Source: Anaerolineae bacterium (GTDB lineage: Bacteria; Chloroflexota; Anaerolineae; Aggregatilineales; Ch27). Taken from it: 64,000 nucleotides of DNA. The stretch lies in NCBI GenBank assembly GCA_013178165.1, contig JABLXG010000001.1, positions 17,605 to 81,604 on the forward strand, given 5' to 3'. Each line of letters starts with the position of its first letter. Position 1 is the first letter of the stretch. The position numbers and the translations under genes were made by a program. Below are positions 28,214-37,573 of this stretch, piece by piece. The notes under the pieces are model-generated. The model was given only the letters and a program-made list of their open reading frames with translations. It was not told the DNA's origin and did not search any database.

Positions 28214-28666
28214 ATGGACGATCCACGTGTTTCGTTACAGGCTGATTTGAAGGAAGCCATGCGCGCCCAGGATCGGCGGCGACTGAGTGTGATCCGCATG
28301 GCGCTGAACGCCATCAAGCAGGAGGAGATCGATCGCCAGGTGAAATTGAGCGCGGAAGAAGCGGCAGCAGTTCTGATGCGCGAGGCCAAGAAGCGACGCG
28401 AATCGATCACCGAAGCGGAACAGGCCGGCCGGCTCGATGTTGCGAGCGAAGAACAGGCAGAGCTGGCCATCCTCGAATCGTACCTGCCGCGGCAGCTTTC
28501 GACGGAAGAGATCGCCGACCTGGCCAGAGCAGCGATCCGCGAGGTCGGGGCCAGTTCGCCCAAGGATATAGGCAACGTCATGCGGGTGCTCATGCCGCGC
28601 CTCAAAGGGCAGGCCGAGGGCAGTCTGGTCAATCAGATCGTGCGCGACCTGCTGGTAGGCTCCTGA
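28214..28666 (+). CDS. yqeY: GatB/YqeY-domain protein
   Basis: DLKEAMRA, KKRRESI, YLPRQLS and KDIGNVM. Start ATG 28214. Confidence 0.92.
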   Translation: MDDPRVSLQADLKEAMRAQDRRRLSVIRMALNAIKQEEIDRQVKLSAEEAAAVLMREAKKRRESITEAEQAGRLDVASEEQAELAILESYLPRQLSTEEIADLARAAIREVGASSPKDIGNVMRVLMPRLKGQAEGSLVNQIVRDLLVGS

Positions 28667-28681
28667 GATCGTCAGGGGACT

Positions 28682-30958
28682 ATGAGAACCATCTGGGGAC
28701 GCTTTTATCCATACTCGGATGACGCCGGGCATGGTCAGGGCGTTTCAAAACCCGGGGTGGTATTCCGGGCGCTGCTGGCAATTGTAACGGTCGGGCTGGC
28801 CACGGTGATCGTGGGCTATGATGCGCTATTTGCCGGGCAGCAAGCCCTTGCCCTGCAGGTAGGGCAGGTTGCCCCGCAGGATATCCTGGCCCCATTCAGC
28901 ATCAGCTACGAAAGTGCTGTGCTCACCCAGCAACGCATCCAGGTGGCTATGAATAGCGTCCGCGATGTCTACGATCCCCCTGATCCAAGTGTTGCCCGGC
29001 AGCAGGTGCAACTGGCCCGGCAGGTGCTTGACTACATCGCTGATATCCGCGCTGATGAATTTGCCACGCCGGAGATGCTGCGGGCGGACCTGCGGGCTAT
29101 CGAGACATTGGCGCTCACGGATGAGATGGCAGCGGCTATTCTGGCCTTTGACCCGGCGCGCTGGAATGCGATCGATGAACAGATCATCACCGTGCTGGAA
29201 CGGGTGATGCGTACCGAAATCCGGGATGATACCCTGCGTAGCACCAAACAGAACATCCCGAATCTGGTGAGTGTACGCTTTCGGGAAGATGAAGCCGCGC
29301 TGATCTCGGCGATTGTCGAGGGATTGATCCGGCCCAACACATTCTTCAATGAGGAGCGCACGCGGCAGGCCAAGCAGGTAGCTGCGGATGCGGTAACGCC
29401 GGAGGTGCGTAGCTTTGAGCGCGGTCAGATCGTGGTGCGGGGCGGTTCTCTGGTCACGGAGGCGGACCTGGAGGCGCTAGCCCAGCTGGGCCTGCTACAG
29501 CGTTCTCCAGACCGCCGCCTGCAGGATTTGCTGGGAGTCCTGTTGACCAGCCTGATGGTGCTGCTGGTATTCGGCCTGTATCTCAGCCGTTTCCATGACC
29601 CGCTGATGACGGACAGCACCATGCTGAGTCTGGTGGCCGGCCTGTTGCTGGTGACACTGCTGGGGATGCGGCTGGCAGGCCCGGATCGGGTTGTGCAGCC
29701 CTATCTGGTTCCCACGGCGGCGATGGGCTTGATGCTCACGGCGTTGGCTGGCCCATCGGTCGCTGTCGCCGGGACAGTAAGCCTGGCGGTGTTGATCGGG
29801 TTCATGGTCAATAGCCCATTTGCGCTGGCGACGATGACTCTTCTCGGTGGGCTGGTCGGCGTTCTGACTCTAGCGAACACCGAGCGGTTCAACAGCTATT
29901 TTGTCTCTGGCCTGTTGATCGGACTGACGAATGCAGCTGTTGTGTTAATGTTCTTCTTTGATGGCTATCCGAGCGACTCGCTGGGCGCTTTGACGCTGGT
30001 GACGGCTGGTCTGGCTAACGGCCTGCTCTCCGGGGTGCTGGCGCTGATGGGATTGTATGTGATCAGCAGTGTCTTCAACATTCCGACCAGTTTGCGCCTG
30101 CTTGAACTGACCCAGCCCAGTCAGAAGTTGTTGCAGCGCCTGTTGCGGGAAGCGCCGGGTACCTACCAGCACAGTCTGCAGGTGGCCAACCTGGCGGAAC
30201 TGGCCGCTGAGCGGATCGGGGCCAACGCGATGCTGACGCGGGTTGGGGCACTTTACCACGATGTGGGCAAAATGAAAGCACCACATTTCTTTATTGAGAA
30301 TCAGGTCGATGGGATCAATCCGCATGAAGGGCTGAACGATCCGTACCGCAGCGCGCGGATCATCATTGACCATGTGACCGAAGGGGATGCCCTGGCCCGC
30401 GAATATGACCTTCCAGCGCGGGTGCGCGATTTTATCCGGGAGCATCACGGCACCACACGGCCTATGTACTTTTACCAGTTGGCTGTGGAACAGGCGGGCG
30501 GCAATGAAAACGCCATTGACCGTTCCCGCTTTACCTATCCAGGGCCGCGCCCACGCTCCAGAGAAACGGCGATCCTGATGCTGGCCGATAGCTGTGAGAG
30601 CGCGATCCGCGCCCGGCGGCCCAAGAACAAGCAGGAGATCGCTGATATCATACGCTACATGTTTGATCTCCGGGTGGCCGAAGGGCAGCTGGATGACAGC
30701 GATCTGAGCCTGTCCGAATTGAGCGAGATACAGCGCGTATTTGTGGAATCGCTGCAAGGTGTATTCCATCCGCGGATTGCCTATGCTGGCGGGCCGCTGG
30801 CGCCAGCGGCGGCCAGTAGCCAGAACGCACTGGATGGTGCCGGTGAGCGCGAGTGGGAAGCTGCCCCAGGGCAAAGCGTTGTCGAGGGGCAGGATGCCGA
30901 CCATTCCGGCCCACAGCGAGCCGATAACCGGCAAGATAACGGAACAGTGAAACCATGA
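28682..30958 (+). CDS. 7TM-HD phosphohydrolase (PgpH-like c-di-AMP phosphodiesterase family)
   Basis: Large extracellular domain, 7 TM helices, APGTYQHS, YHDVGK, FFIENQ, EHHGT and YPGPRPRSRETAILMLAD. Confidence 0.88.
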   Translation: MRTIWGRFYPYSDDAGHGQGVSKPGVVFRALLAIVTVGLATVIVGYDALFAGQQALALQVGQVAPQDILAPFSISYESAVLTQQRIQVAMNSVRDVYDPPDPSVARQQVQLARQVLDYIADIRADEFATPEMLRADLRAIETLALTDEMAAAILAFDPARWNAIDEQIITVLERVMRTEIRDDTLRSTKQNIPNLVSVRFREDEAALISAIVEGLIRPNTFFNEERTRQAKQVAADAVTPEVRSFERGQIVVRGGSLVTEADLEALAQLGLLQRSPDRRLQDLLGVLLTSLMVLLVFGLYLSRFHDPLMTDSTMLSLVAGLLLVTLLGMRLAGPDRVVQPYLVPTAAMGLMLTALAGPSVAVAGTVSLAVLIGFMVNSPFALATMTLLGGLVGVLTLANTERFNSYFVSGLLIGLTNAAVVLMFFFDGYPSDSLGALTLVTAGLANGLLSGVLALMGLYVISSVFNIPTSLRLLELTQPSQKLLQRLLREAPGTYQHSLQVANLAELAAERIGANAMLTRVGALYHDVGKMKAPHFFIENQVDGINPHEGLNDPYRSARIIIDHVTEGDALAREYDLPARVRDFIREHHGTTRPMYFYQLAVEQAGGNENAIDRSRFTYPGPRPRSRETAILMLADSCESAIRARRPKNKQEIADIIRYMFDLRVAEGQLDDSDLSLSELSEIQRVFVESLQGVFHPRIAYAGGPLAPAAASSQNALDGAGEREWEAAPGQSVVEGQDADHSGPQRADNRQDNGTVKP

Positions 30959-31485
30959 TCGAGCATCAGTACGATATCTGTGTCAGGGTGGATGCACTGT
31001 ATGCAGAAGCAACACCAACCTGCAGGTTGCGGGAGGCCATCGCCCTGACCCTGCAACACTATCAGGTTCCCCCGCAGACAGGGGTCACGCTCCTGGTCAC
31101 CGATGATGAGAGCGTGCGCAAGCTGAACAGGCGTTTTCGTGGGGTAGACGCACCAACCGATGTGCTGTCTTTCCCCGCTGTTGAGGACCTTACCGAGTTG
31201 CAGCAGCCGGGCGAGGAGGGGCCTTACCTGGGCGATATAGTGGTGGCTTTTCCCTATACCGCTGCTCAGGCCCGGGAAGACGGCCACGACATCGCTGATG
31301 TGCTGGTCCTGCTGGCGGTGCATGGGATGCTGCACCTGCTCGGCTATGATCATGACACGCCGCAGAATCAGGCTGACATGTGGGCCAGGCAGGAGGCGTT
31401 CCTGCGTATGCTGGGCGTACCGGCGAGCGTTATGCCCCCCCTGTACGATTTCCCGGCGGAGGATGAGGATAATGGAACAGCCTGA
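30955..31485 (+). CDS. ybeY: rRNA maturation endoribonuclease YbeY
   Basis: LNRRFRGVDAPTDVLSF, LGDIVV and HGMLHLLGYDH. Confidence 0.96.
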   Translation: MIEHQYDICVRVDALYAEATPTCRLREAIALTLQHYQVPPQTGVTLLVTDDESVRKLNRRFRGVDAPTDVLSFPAVEDLTELQQPGEEGPYLGDIVVAFPYTAAQAREDGHDIADVLVLLAVHGMLHLLGYDHDTPQNQADMWARQEAFLRMLGVPASVMPPLYDFPAEDEDNGTA

Positions 31486-31981
31486 GCGCGGCGCTCCGCC
31501 GGTCCACAGCCCTGGTAGATCTGCCGGTCTGCTGGCAGCCAGCCACGAGCCGCCCAGCATGGCTGACGTCACAGCGGGCCTGCGGATTAACCCGCAGGAC
31601 TACAGCTACATGGTCAGTCCCAGCCGCTGGGCCAGCTTCAAGTTTGCTCTGTCTGGCTGGTTGCATATGTTGCGCTACCAGCGGAACACCCGGATTCAGG
31701 CTGCGGCGAGCGTGCTGGTGGTCCTGGCGGGCCTGTGGCTGGGCCTGACGCCGCTGGAATGGGCGATCCTGGTATTGACCATCACGCTGGAATGGATGGC
31801 GGAGTTCATCAATGCGGCAATTGAGGCGGCGGTGAATCTGGCCAGCGCCGAGATGCATCCGATGGCCAAGGTCAGCAAGGATGTCGCCGCGGCGGCTGTC
31901 CTGATGGGGGCAGTCTCGGCGGCAATTATCGGCGTGTTGATCCTGGGGCCGCGTCTGCTGGCGCGTCTGACAGGCGGGTAA
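31472..31981 (+). CDS. dgkA: Diacylglycerol/undecaprenol kinase (DgkA family)
   Basis: FKFALSG, QRNTRIQ, EFINAAIEAAVN and AKVSKDVAAAAV. Start ATG 31472 overlaps the ybeY end. Confidence 0.9.
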   Translation: MEQPERGAPPVHSPGRSAGLLAASHEPPSMADVTAGLRINPQDYSYMVSPSRWASFKFALSGWLHMLRYQRNTRIQAAASVLVVLAGLWLGLTPLEWAILVLTITLEWMAEFINAAIEAAVNLASAEMHPMAKVSKDVAAAAVLMGAVSAAIIGVLILGPRLLARLTGG

Positions 31982-31986
31982 CGGCC

Positions 31987-33069
31987 ATGCCTGAGCCTTC
32001 CCGGCACATCACCGGTCGTTACCGGCAGGGCATGCCGCCTCCGGCGGAACGTCCTCCCGCTGGGGAGCGCGTGCAGCGTCCTGGTTGCCTGCTGGCGGCT
32101 GGCCTGCTGCTGGCTATCGGGAGCGCCGCAGTGGCGGCGCTGTTCTTCCTGCTGGTGCTGCGGCCAGCGGCTCCAGCAGGAAGTAATGCGATCTGGCTGG
32201 GCATCGACTGGGGACGGGCTGCTCAGAAAGATGAAGATGTTCGGCAACTGGCTGGGTTGTTGCGCGCTGAGGGGATTGGCACTGTCTACGTGTGGACAAC
32301 CTGGCTGCAGGCCGATGGGACATGGAGCGCGACAACCTTTCCGACTATCAGGGCGTTTGTTGACCAGTTCAGGCGCTTTTATCCGGAGGCGCGGTTGGAC
32401 GCCTGGATCGGGATACCGGCGGAAGTGCCCGAATACCGGCTTGATGACACGGACCTGCAGGACACCGTGGCAGCGTTTGCCGCGCAGGCGCTGAGCGAAT
32501 ACGCCTTCGATGCGGTGCACCTGAATGTTGAGCCGGTCTGGAATGGGGATGAGAACTTCCTGGACCTGTTGCGTGCGGTTCGCCAGGCCATCGGCGATGA
32601 AGCGGTTTTATCGATTGCCGTGCCGCCCGACTGGAACACCGGCGCTCCTGGCATCCCCGTTGGCCCATATACCACCACTGATGCGCACTGGAGCCAGGAG
32701 TACAAGCAGCGCGTTGCTTTTCTGGTGGATGAACTGGTTGTGATGGCCTATAACAGCGGGTTGAGCACGCCAGAGGACTATCAGACCTGGATGGCCTTTC
32801 AGGTGACTCAGTACCTTTCTGCCCTGGAATCGCTGGGAATCGAGACACAATTGTTGTTCGGCATACCCACATATGACGCTGAACTACCGGGTCACGATCC
32901 GGCTGCGGAAAGTATCCCGGCGGCAATTGAGGGAATCCGGCAAGGACTGGTGCAGAGCGGTGAAGCAGCGCGTCGCTTCCGCGGGCTTGCACTCTATGCC
33001 TACTGGTCTACCGACGCGCTGGAATGGGAGACTTACCGCCGGCTATGGCTGGCCCCGGACAGGGGATGA
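31987..33069 (+). CDS. Membrane-anchored GH18-like TIM-barrel protein
   Basis: TM helix near the N-terminus; FDAVHLNVEP, VDELVVMAY, LLFGIPTY and GLALYAYW strand pattern. Confidence 0.65.
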   Translation: MPEPSRHITGRYRQGMPPPAERPPAGERVQRPGCLLAAGLLLAIGSAAVAALFFLLVLRPAAPAGSNAIWLGIDWGRAAQKDEDVRQLAGLLRAEGIGTVYVWTTWLQADGTWSATTFPTIRAFVDQFRRFYPEARLDAWIGIPAEVPEYRLDDTDLQDTVAAFAAQALSEYAFDAVHLNVEPVWNGDENFLDLLRAVRQAIGDEAVLSIAVPPDWNTGAPGIPVGPYTTTDAHWSQEYKQRVAFLVDELVVMAYNSGLSTPEDYQTWMAFQVTQYLSALESLGIETQLLFGIPTYDAELPGHDPAAESIPAAIEGIRQGLVQSGEAARRFRGLALYAYWSTDALEWETYRRLWLAPDRG

Positions 33070-33184
33070 ACAACCGGCGATTCCTGACCCTAGAGATGCC
33101 TTTGTTGCTATGATTGATCCGCCGTTCTGCAACGGCGGTTCTGTGTTATCATCCAGGCGGTGCGACCCGGTGAAGGACGGCATC

Positions 33185-33829
33185 ATGACGACAATCCTGC
33201 TGATTCGCCACGCGGTGAATGACTGGGTAAAAACGGGCAAGCTGGCTGCCTGGACACCCGGCGTTCACCTGAATGCTGAAGGCCAGGCCCAGGCCAGGGC
33301 GCTGGGCGAGCGGTTGAAAGACAGGCCGCTGCAGGCTATTTACGCCAGCCCGCTGGAGCGTACCCTGGAAACGGCTGAGGCTATTGCCGCTCACCATCCC
33401 CATCTGGTAGTTCAGATTGTGGAAGCGGTGGGCGAGCTGGATTGCGGGCGCTGGCAGAACGCGCAGATTGCCGATCTGGAATCGCGTAAGATGTGGCAAC
33501 TCATCCAGCACGTACCTTCCCGCGCGCAATTTCCAGGCGGGGAAACGATGCGCCGGGCACAGGCGCGCGCTGTGGACGCGGTAGAGGCGCTGGCGGAGCA
33601 TCACCCCAGGGGCTTGATTGCGGTAGTTTCACACTGTGACATCATCAGACTGATCCTGGCACACTACCTGGGTATGCACCTGGATATGTTCCAGCGGATT
33701 GTGGTAGCTCCTGCTTCGATCTCGGTGGTACAGCTTGGCTTTGGTCGGCCAATGGTCGCTGGTATCAATGACATCAGCCATGTTCCCCCGGCGTCACAGC
33801 CGGGCAATGATTCCGGGCAACCGGCATGA
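33185..33829 (+). CDS. Histidine phosphatase, MSMEG_4193-family putative phosphomutase
   Basis: LLIRHA, LAAWTPGVHL, SPLERTLETA, FPGGE and VSHCDII. Start ATG 33185. Confidence 0.88.
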   Translation: MTTILLIRHAVNDWVKTGKLAAWTPGVHLNAEGQAQARALGERLKDRPLQAIYASPLERTLETAEAIAAHHPHLVVQIVEAVGELDCGRWQNAQIADLESRKMWQLIQHVPSRAQFPGGETMRRAQARAVDAVEALAEHHPRGLIAVVSHCDIIRLILAHYLGMHLDMFQRIVVAPASISVVQLGFGRPMVAGINDISHVPPASQPGNDSGQPA

Positions 33830-33892
33830 TCCTGTGGTGAGATAGCCGGACTTTCCTGTAAGGATGGCGCCTGCATTCTTGAAAGGACACGC

Positions 33893-34396
33893 TTGATGGC
33901 GGGCTTTGAACTGGAATTGCGACCGGTCGATTTCCTGACTGTGGGGACAGTGGGCCCACGCGGTAAGCGGGTGTTCTACCTGCAGGGGGCCAAAGGAGAT
34001 CGACTGGTTTCTTTGATCGTGGAAAAGTTGCAGGTCAGCGCCCTGGCTGAAGCGATCAAGGAATTGCTCCGCGAACTGGATGAACGCTTCCCACAACCGG
34101 GCGCGACCGAGATTGATCTGGCGGACTTTGACCTGGAACTTCGCGATCCCATTCAACCGGAATTCCGGGTGGCGGAGATCGGACTGGGTTATGATGAGGT
34201 TAGCGATCTGATTGTCCTGGTGACCCAGGAGCTGATCTCCACTGAAGAGGAAGAGGCCGGGCGCAGCCCTGGCGTGGTGCGCTTTTGGGTTGGGCGTTCC
34301 TTGATGCGTGCCCTGGCAATGTATGCCGAGACCGTGGTAGAACGTGGGCGCCCGGACCCTTCCAAGAATGGCCGCATTCATTATTACTGGATGTGA
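33893..34396 (+). CDS. DUF3090-family protein
   Basis: TVGTVGPRGKRVFYLQ, VEKLQVSAL and PEFRVAEIGLGYD; trio context. Confidence 0.85.
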   Translation: MMAGFELELRPVDFLTVGTVGPRGKRVFYLQGAKGDRLVSLIVEKLQVSALAEAIKELLRELDERFPQPGATEIDLADFDLELRDPIQPEFRVAEIGLGYDEVSDLIVLVTQELISTEEEEAGRSPGVVRFWVGRSLMRALAMYAETVVERGRPDPSKNGRIHYYWM

Positions 34397-34423
34397 TCGA
34401 TAGTTCGCTGCCTGTGGCCAGCC

Positions 34424-35197
34424 ATGAGTGATAGACCTGAGCCAGAGCCTGTCCCTGAGATTCCCTCCCAGCCGCTTTCAATGACGGATGCGCTGGCTAC
34501 GCTGAGTCAGGGTGTCATTCAGGATGATCACGGGGTGTTGCCGTGGGGATCGAACTACGCCTATCTGGTCACGGTTGCTGATGAGCGTCGCGCTTTGCTG
34601 GCAGTATACAAACCCCAGCGCGGTGAAAGGTCGCTGTGGGATTTTCCAGATGGCACGTTGTGCTACCGCGAGGTGGCGGCCTATGTCGTTTCGGAAGCGC
34701 TGGACTGGGCCATTGTGCCGCCTACAGTGTTGCGCGGCGGGCCTTACGGCCTGGGATCGCTCCAGTTCTTTGTTGATCACGATCCGGAGATCAACTACTT
34801 TACGCCCCTGCCGCCGGAATGCGGGGAACAACTGCAACGCATGGCCGTTTTTGACTACCTGATCAACAACGCGGATCGCAAGGGCGGGCATTGCCTGCTG
34901 GATTCACAGGGGCATCTGTGGGGAATCGATCACGGCGTGTCATTTCACTATCAGCTCAAGTTGCGAACCGTGATCTGGGATTATGCCGGGCAACCGCTGC
35001 CTGAGCCGATTGTGGACAGTCTGAAGGCGCTGGACACCGTGCTAAGCGACCCGGCGACATTGCTTCGCCAGACGCTGGGGGGCTTGCTGTCTGCCCGTGA
35101 GGTTGATGCATTGCTGGCGCGGTTGCACCATCTGTTGCAGACACGGCGGTTTGTCCTGCCGGGCAGGGGGCCAAATTATCCCTGGCCGCCAGTCTAG
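34424..35197 (+). CDS. SCO1664-family PI3/4-kinase-like protein
   Basis: GSNYAYL, AVYKPQRGERSLWDF, REVAAY, NNADRKGGH and WGIDHGVSF. Confidence 0.9.
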   Translation: MSDRPEPEPVPEIPSQPLSMTDALATLSQGVIQDDHGVLPWGSNYAYLVTVADERRALLAVYKPQRGERSLWDFPDGTLCYREVAAYVVSEALDWAIVPPTVLRGGPYGLGSLQFFVDHDPEINYFTPLPPECGEQLQRMAVFDYLINNADRKGGHCLLDSQGHLWGIDHGVSFHYQLKLRTVIWDYAGQPLPEPIVDSLKALDTVLSDPATLLRQTLGGLLSAREVDALLARLHHLLQTRRFVLPGRGPNYPWPPV

Positions 35198-35232
35198 GGG
35201 CGGCAGGACTCCCAACAAGGAGGGAAAGAGCC

Positions 35233-35904
35233 ATGATGAGGCGGAAAGATGCTTGCTGGCGCACGCCCCTGGCGCTGCTGAATGGCTTTGCGCTGGGGAC
35301 GTTTTACCTGTTGTTCTTGCGTCCTCAGATGATTCGCTGGGGCACCCGACTGGGCGAGTCGCAGCGGCGGCTGCCGGGTGATGATCGCATTGCGTCGCCT
35401 GGCCTGATCGTCACGCGGGCGATCAACATCGATGCCCCGCCAGAGGCAGTGTGGCCGTGGTTGGCCCAGATGGGGCGGGAACGGACGGGCTGGTACAGCT
35501 TTGACCTGCTGGGGAACAATGGCATCCCCAGCGCTACGTATCTGCGCCGGGACCTGCAGCCTCCCCGGCCTGGCCTTGCGCTGGACATGGGTTTGCAGGT
35601 GCTGGAAGTTGAGGTCAACCGCGAGCTGTTGGTTGGCGGTTTTGACCTGCCTGGCCCGCTGGGTGCGCCACTAGACGTGACCATGCTGTATCTACTTGAG
35701 CGGATGTCTGATGGCAGCACCCGGCTGCTCTTCCGCTTGCGGATCGGGACGCACGACGCGGTTGGTCAGTTGCTCTGCTGGTTGCTGGAACCGCTTGAAT
35801 TCGTGATGTCGGTCCAGCAACTCAAAGGGATTAGGGCGCGGGCGGAAACGATGGCTTATGTACGCCAGCCAGCGCCGCGCGAACTGGAAATCCCGCTGGA
35901 TTAA
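35233..35904 (+). CDS. Conserved SRPBCC-like protein
   Basis: RRLPGDD, TRAINIDAPPEAVWPWLAQMG and GWYSFD. Confidence 0.75.
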   Translation: MMRRKDACWRTPLALLNGFALGTFYLLFLRPQMIRWGTRLGESQRRLPGDDRIASPGLIVTRAINIDAPPEAVWPWLAQMGRERTGWYSFDLLGNNGIPSATYLRRDLQPPRPGLALDMGLQVLEVEVNRELLVGGFDLPGPLGAPLDVTMLYLLERMSDGSTRLLFRLRIGTHDAVGQLLCWLLEPLEFVMSVQQLKGIRARAETMAYVRQPAPRELEIPLD

Positions 35905-36044
35905 GTGGCGTATGTGTCTGCGATCGCGCCAGGCTGTGATATTCCTGAACCGGCAGGCGCTCGATCGCACAGGACAGGCTGGTGTAGTGTTCGCTGCTGC
36001 TGGCGGCGATCGGCGCAGACTCGTGATAAGGACGGAGTGCAATC

Positions 36045-37412
36045 ATGGCATTTCCAGAGGGTTTTGTCTGGGGAGCGGCGGCAGCCTCCTACCAGATTGA
36101 AGGGGCGGCTTTTGAAGACGGCAAAGGGCCGTCGGTATGGGACAGGTTCTCCCACCGCCGGGGAAAGGTGTTCGGCGGGCATACCGGCGATGTGGCCTGC
36201 GATCACTATCATCGCTACCGCGAAGATGTCGCGCTGATGAAAGCGATTGGCTTGCAGGCCTATCGGCTCTCGATCTCCTGGCCGCGCGTGCTGCCGGATG
36301 GGGTGGGTCGCATTAATGCGCCGGGGCTGGATTTCTACGATCGCCTGATCGATGAGCTTCTAGGTGCCGGGATCGCCCCATATGTGACGCTCTTTCACTG
36401 GGACTATCCGGATGCGTTGTATTGCCGTGGCGGCTGGCTCAACAGTGAATCGCCTGACTGGTTCGCTGAGTACGCTTCTGTGGTAACCAGGCGGTTGGGC
36501 AACCGGGTCCGCTACTGGATGACGCTCAACGAGCCAGCAGTGTTTGTTGTGATCGGGCACATGGATGGCCGTCATGCGCCGGGCGACACCCTGGCGTTTG
36601 ACCAGATCTTGCGGATGTCGCATCACGTGCTGCTGGCGCACGGTAAAGCGGCGCAGGTCATCCGGGCCACCGTGCCGGGCGCACAGGTGGGGGCGGCGAT
36701 CGTCGGCAAGGTTGGCATCCCGGCCAGCGCCGCAGAAGCCGATGTTGAGGCGGCGCGGCAGTACACTTTCGATTTTCGCCGTCACGATCTGTGGCATCAC
36801 AACTGGTGGTCAGACCCGATGCTGCGCGGGGAGTATCCGGTTGACGCTCTGACACTCTTCGGGGATGCCATGCCCAGCATCGGCCCGCACGATATGCAGA
36901 TCATTCATCAGCCGCTGGACTTCTACGGGATGAATGTCTACAACGGTGAATACGTGAGACAGGGTGCGGACGGTGCGCCTGAGGTCCTGCCGCTGCCTAT
37001 GGGGTTCCCTATCACGGCCTTTTACTGGCCCGTGACGCCGGAGGCTCTTTACTGGGGACCGCGCTTTATGTGGGAACGCTACAGGCTGCCAATCGTGATC
37101 ACCGAAAACGGGTTGGCCAACACTGACTGGATCAGTCTGGACGGTAAGGTGCACGATCCCCAGCGTATCGACTTCACCCGCCGTTATCTGCTTCAGCTGC
37201 GCCAGGCAGCAGCGGATGGGGTGGCCCTGCACGGATACTTCCACTGGTCGATCATGGACAACTTTGAGTGGGCTGAGGGGATGAAACAGCGCTTTGGCCT
37301 GGTCTATGTGGACTACCAGACTCAGCAGCGGACGCTCAAGGATTCGGCTTACTGGTACCGGGACGTGATCGCCAGCAATGGTGCAACGCTTGACCAGCCT
37401 CCTGCGCTGTAG
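36045..37412 (+). CDS. Glycoside hydrolase family 1 beta-glucosidase
   Basis: FVWGAAAASYQIEG, TLNEP (acid/base), ITENG (nucleophile) and DNFEWAEG. Confidence 0.96.
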   Translation: MAFPEGFVWGAAAASYQIEGAAFEDGKGPSVWDRFSHRRGKVFGGHTGDVACDHYHRYREDVALMKAIGLQAYRLSISWPRVLPDGVGRINAPGLDFYDRLIDELLGAGIAPYVTLFHWDYPDALYCRGGWLNSESPDWFAEYASVVTRRLGNRVRYWMTLNEPAVFVVIGHMDGRHAPGDTLAFDQILRMSHHVLLAHGKAAQVIRATVPGAQVGAAIVGKVGIPASAAEADVEAARQYTFDFRRHDLWHHNWWSDPMLRGEYPVDALTLFGDAMPSIGPHDMQIIHQPLDFYGMNVYNGEYVRQGADGAPEVLPLPMGFPITAFYWPVTPEALYWGPRFMWERYRLPIVITENGLANTDWISLDGKVHDPQRIDFTRRYLLQLRQAAADGVALHGYFHWSIMDNFEWAEGMKQRFGLVYVDYQTQQRTLKDSAYWYRDVIASNGATLDQPPAL

Positions 37413-37573
37413 GTGGTCTGGCTTTCTGTTCTGGAGCGAGTGGAGGCCTAAGGGGCAGTGAGGGCCAGGGCAGTTGACTGGCCCTGCCGCCTCGCGAAGT
37501 GCCGGAAGACGTTCTTCAGGTATCGTGGTGGGACGTGCAGGAATCGCGGGGCAGTTCAGGCCGGGAGTCTGGG

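Noticed and set aside
37461-37485. AGGGCCAG/CTGGCCCT hairpin between the GH1 gene and comM
   Set aside because: An 8-bp stem with no U tract; not enough to call a terminator or RNA element.
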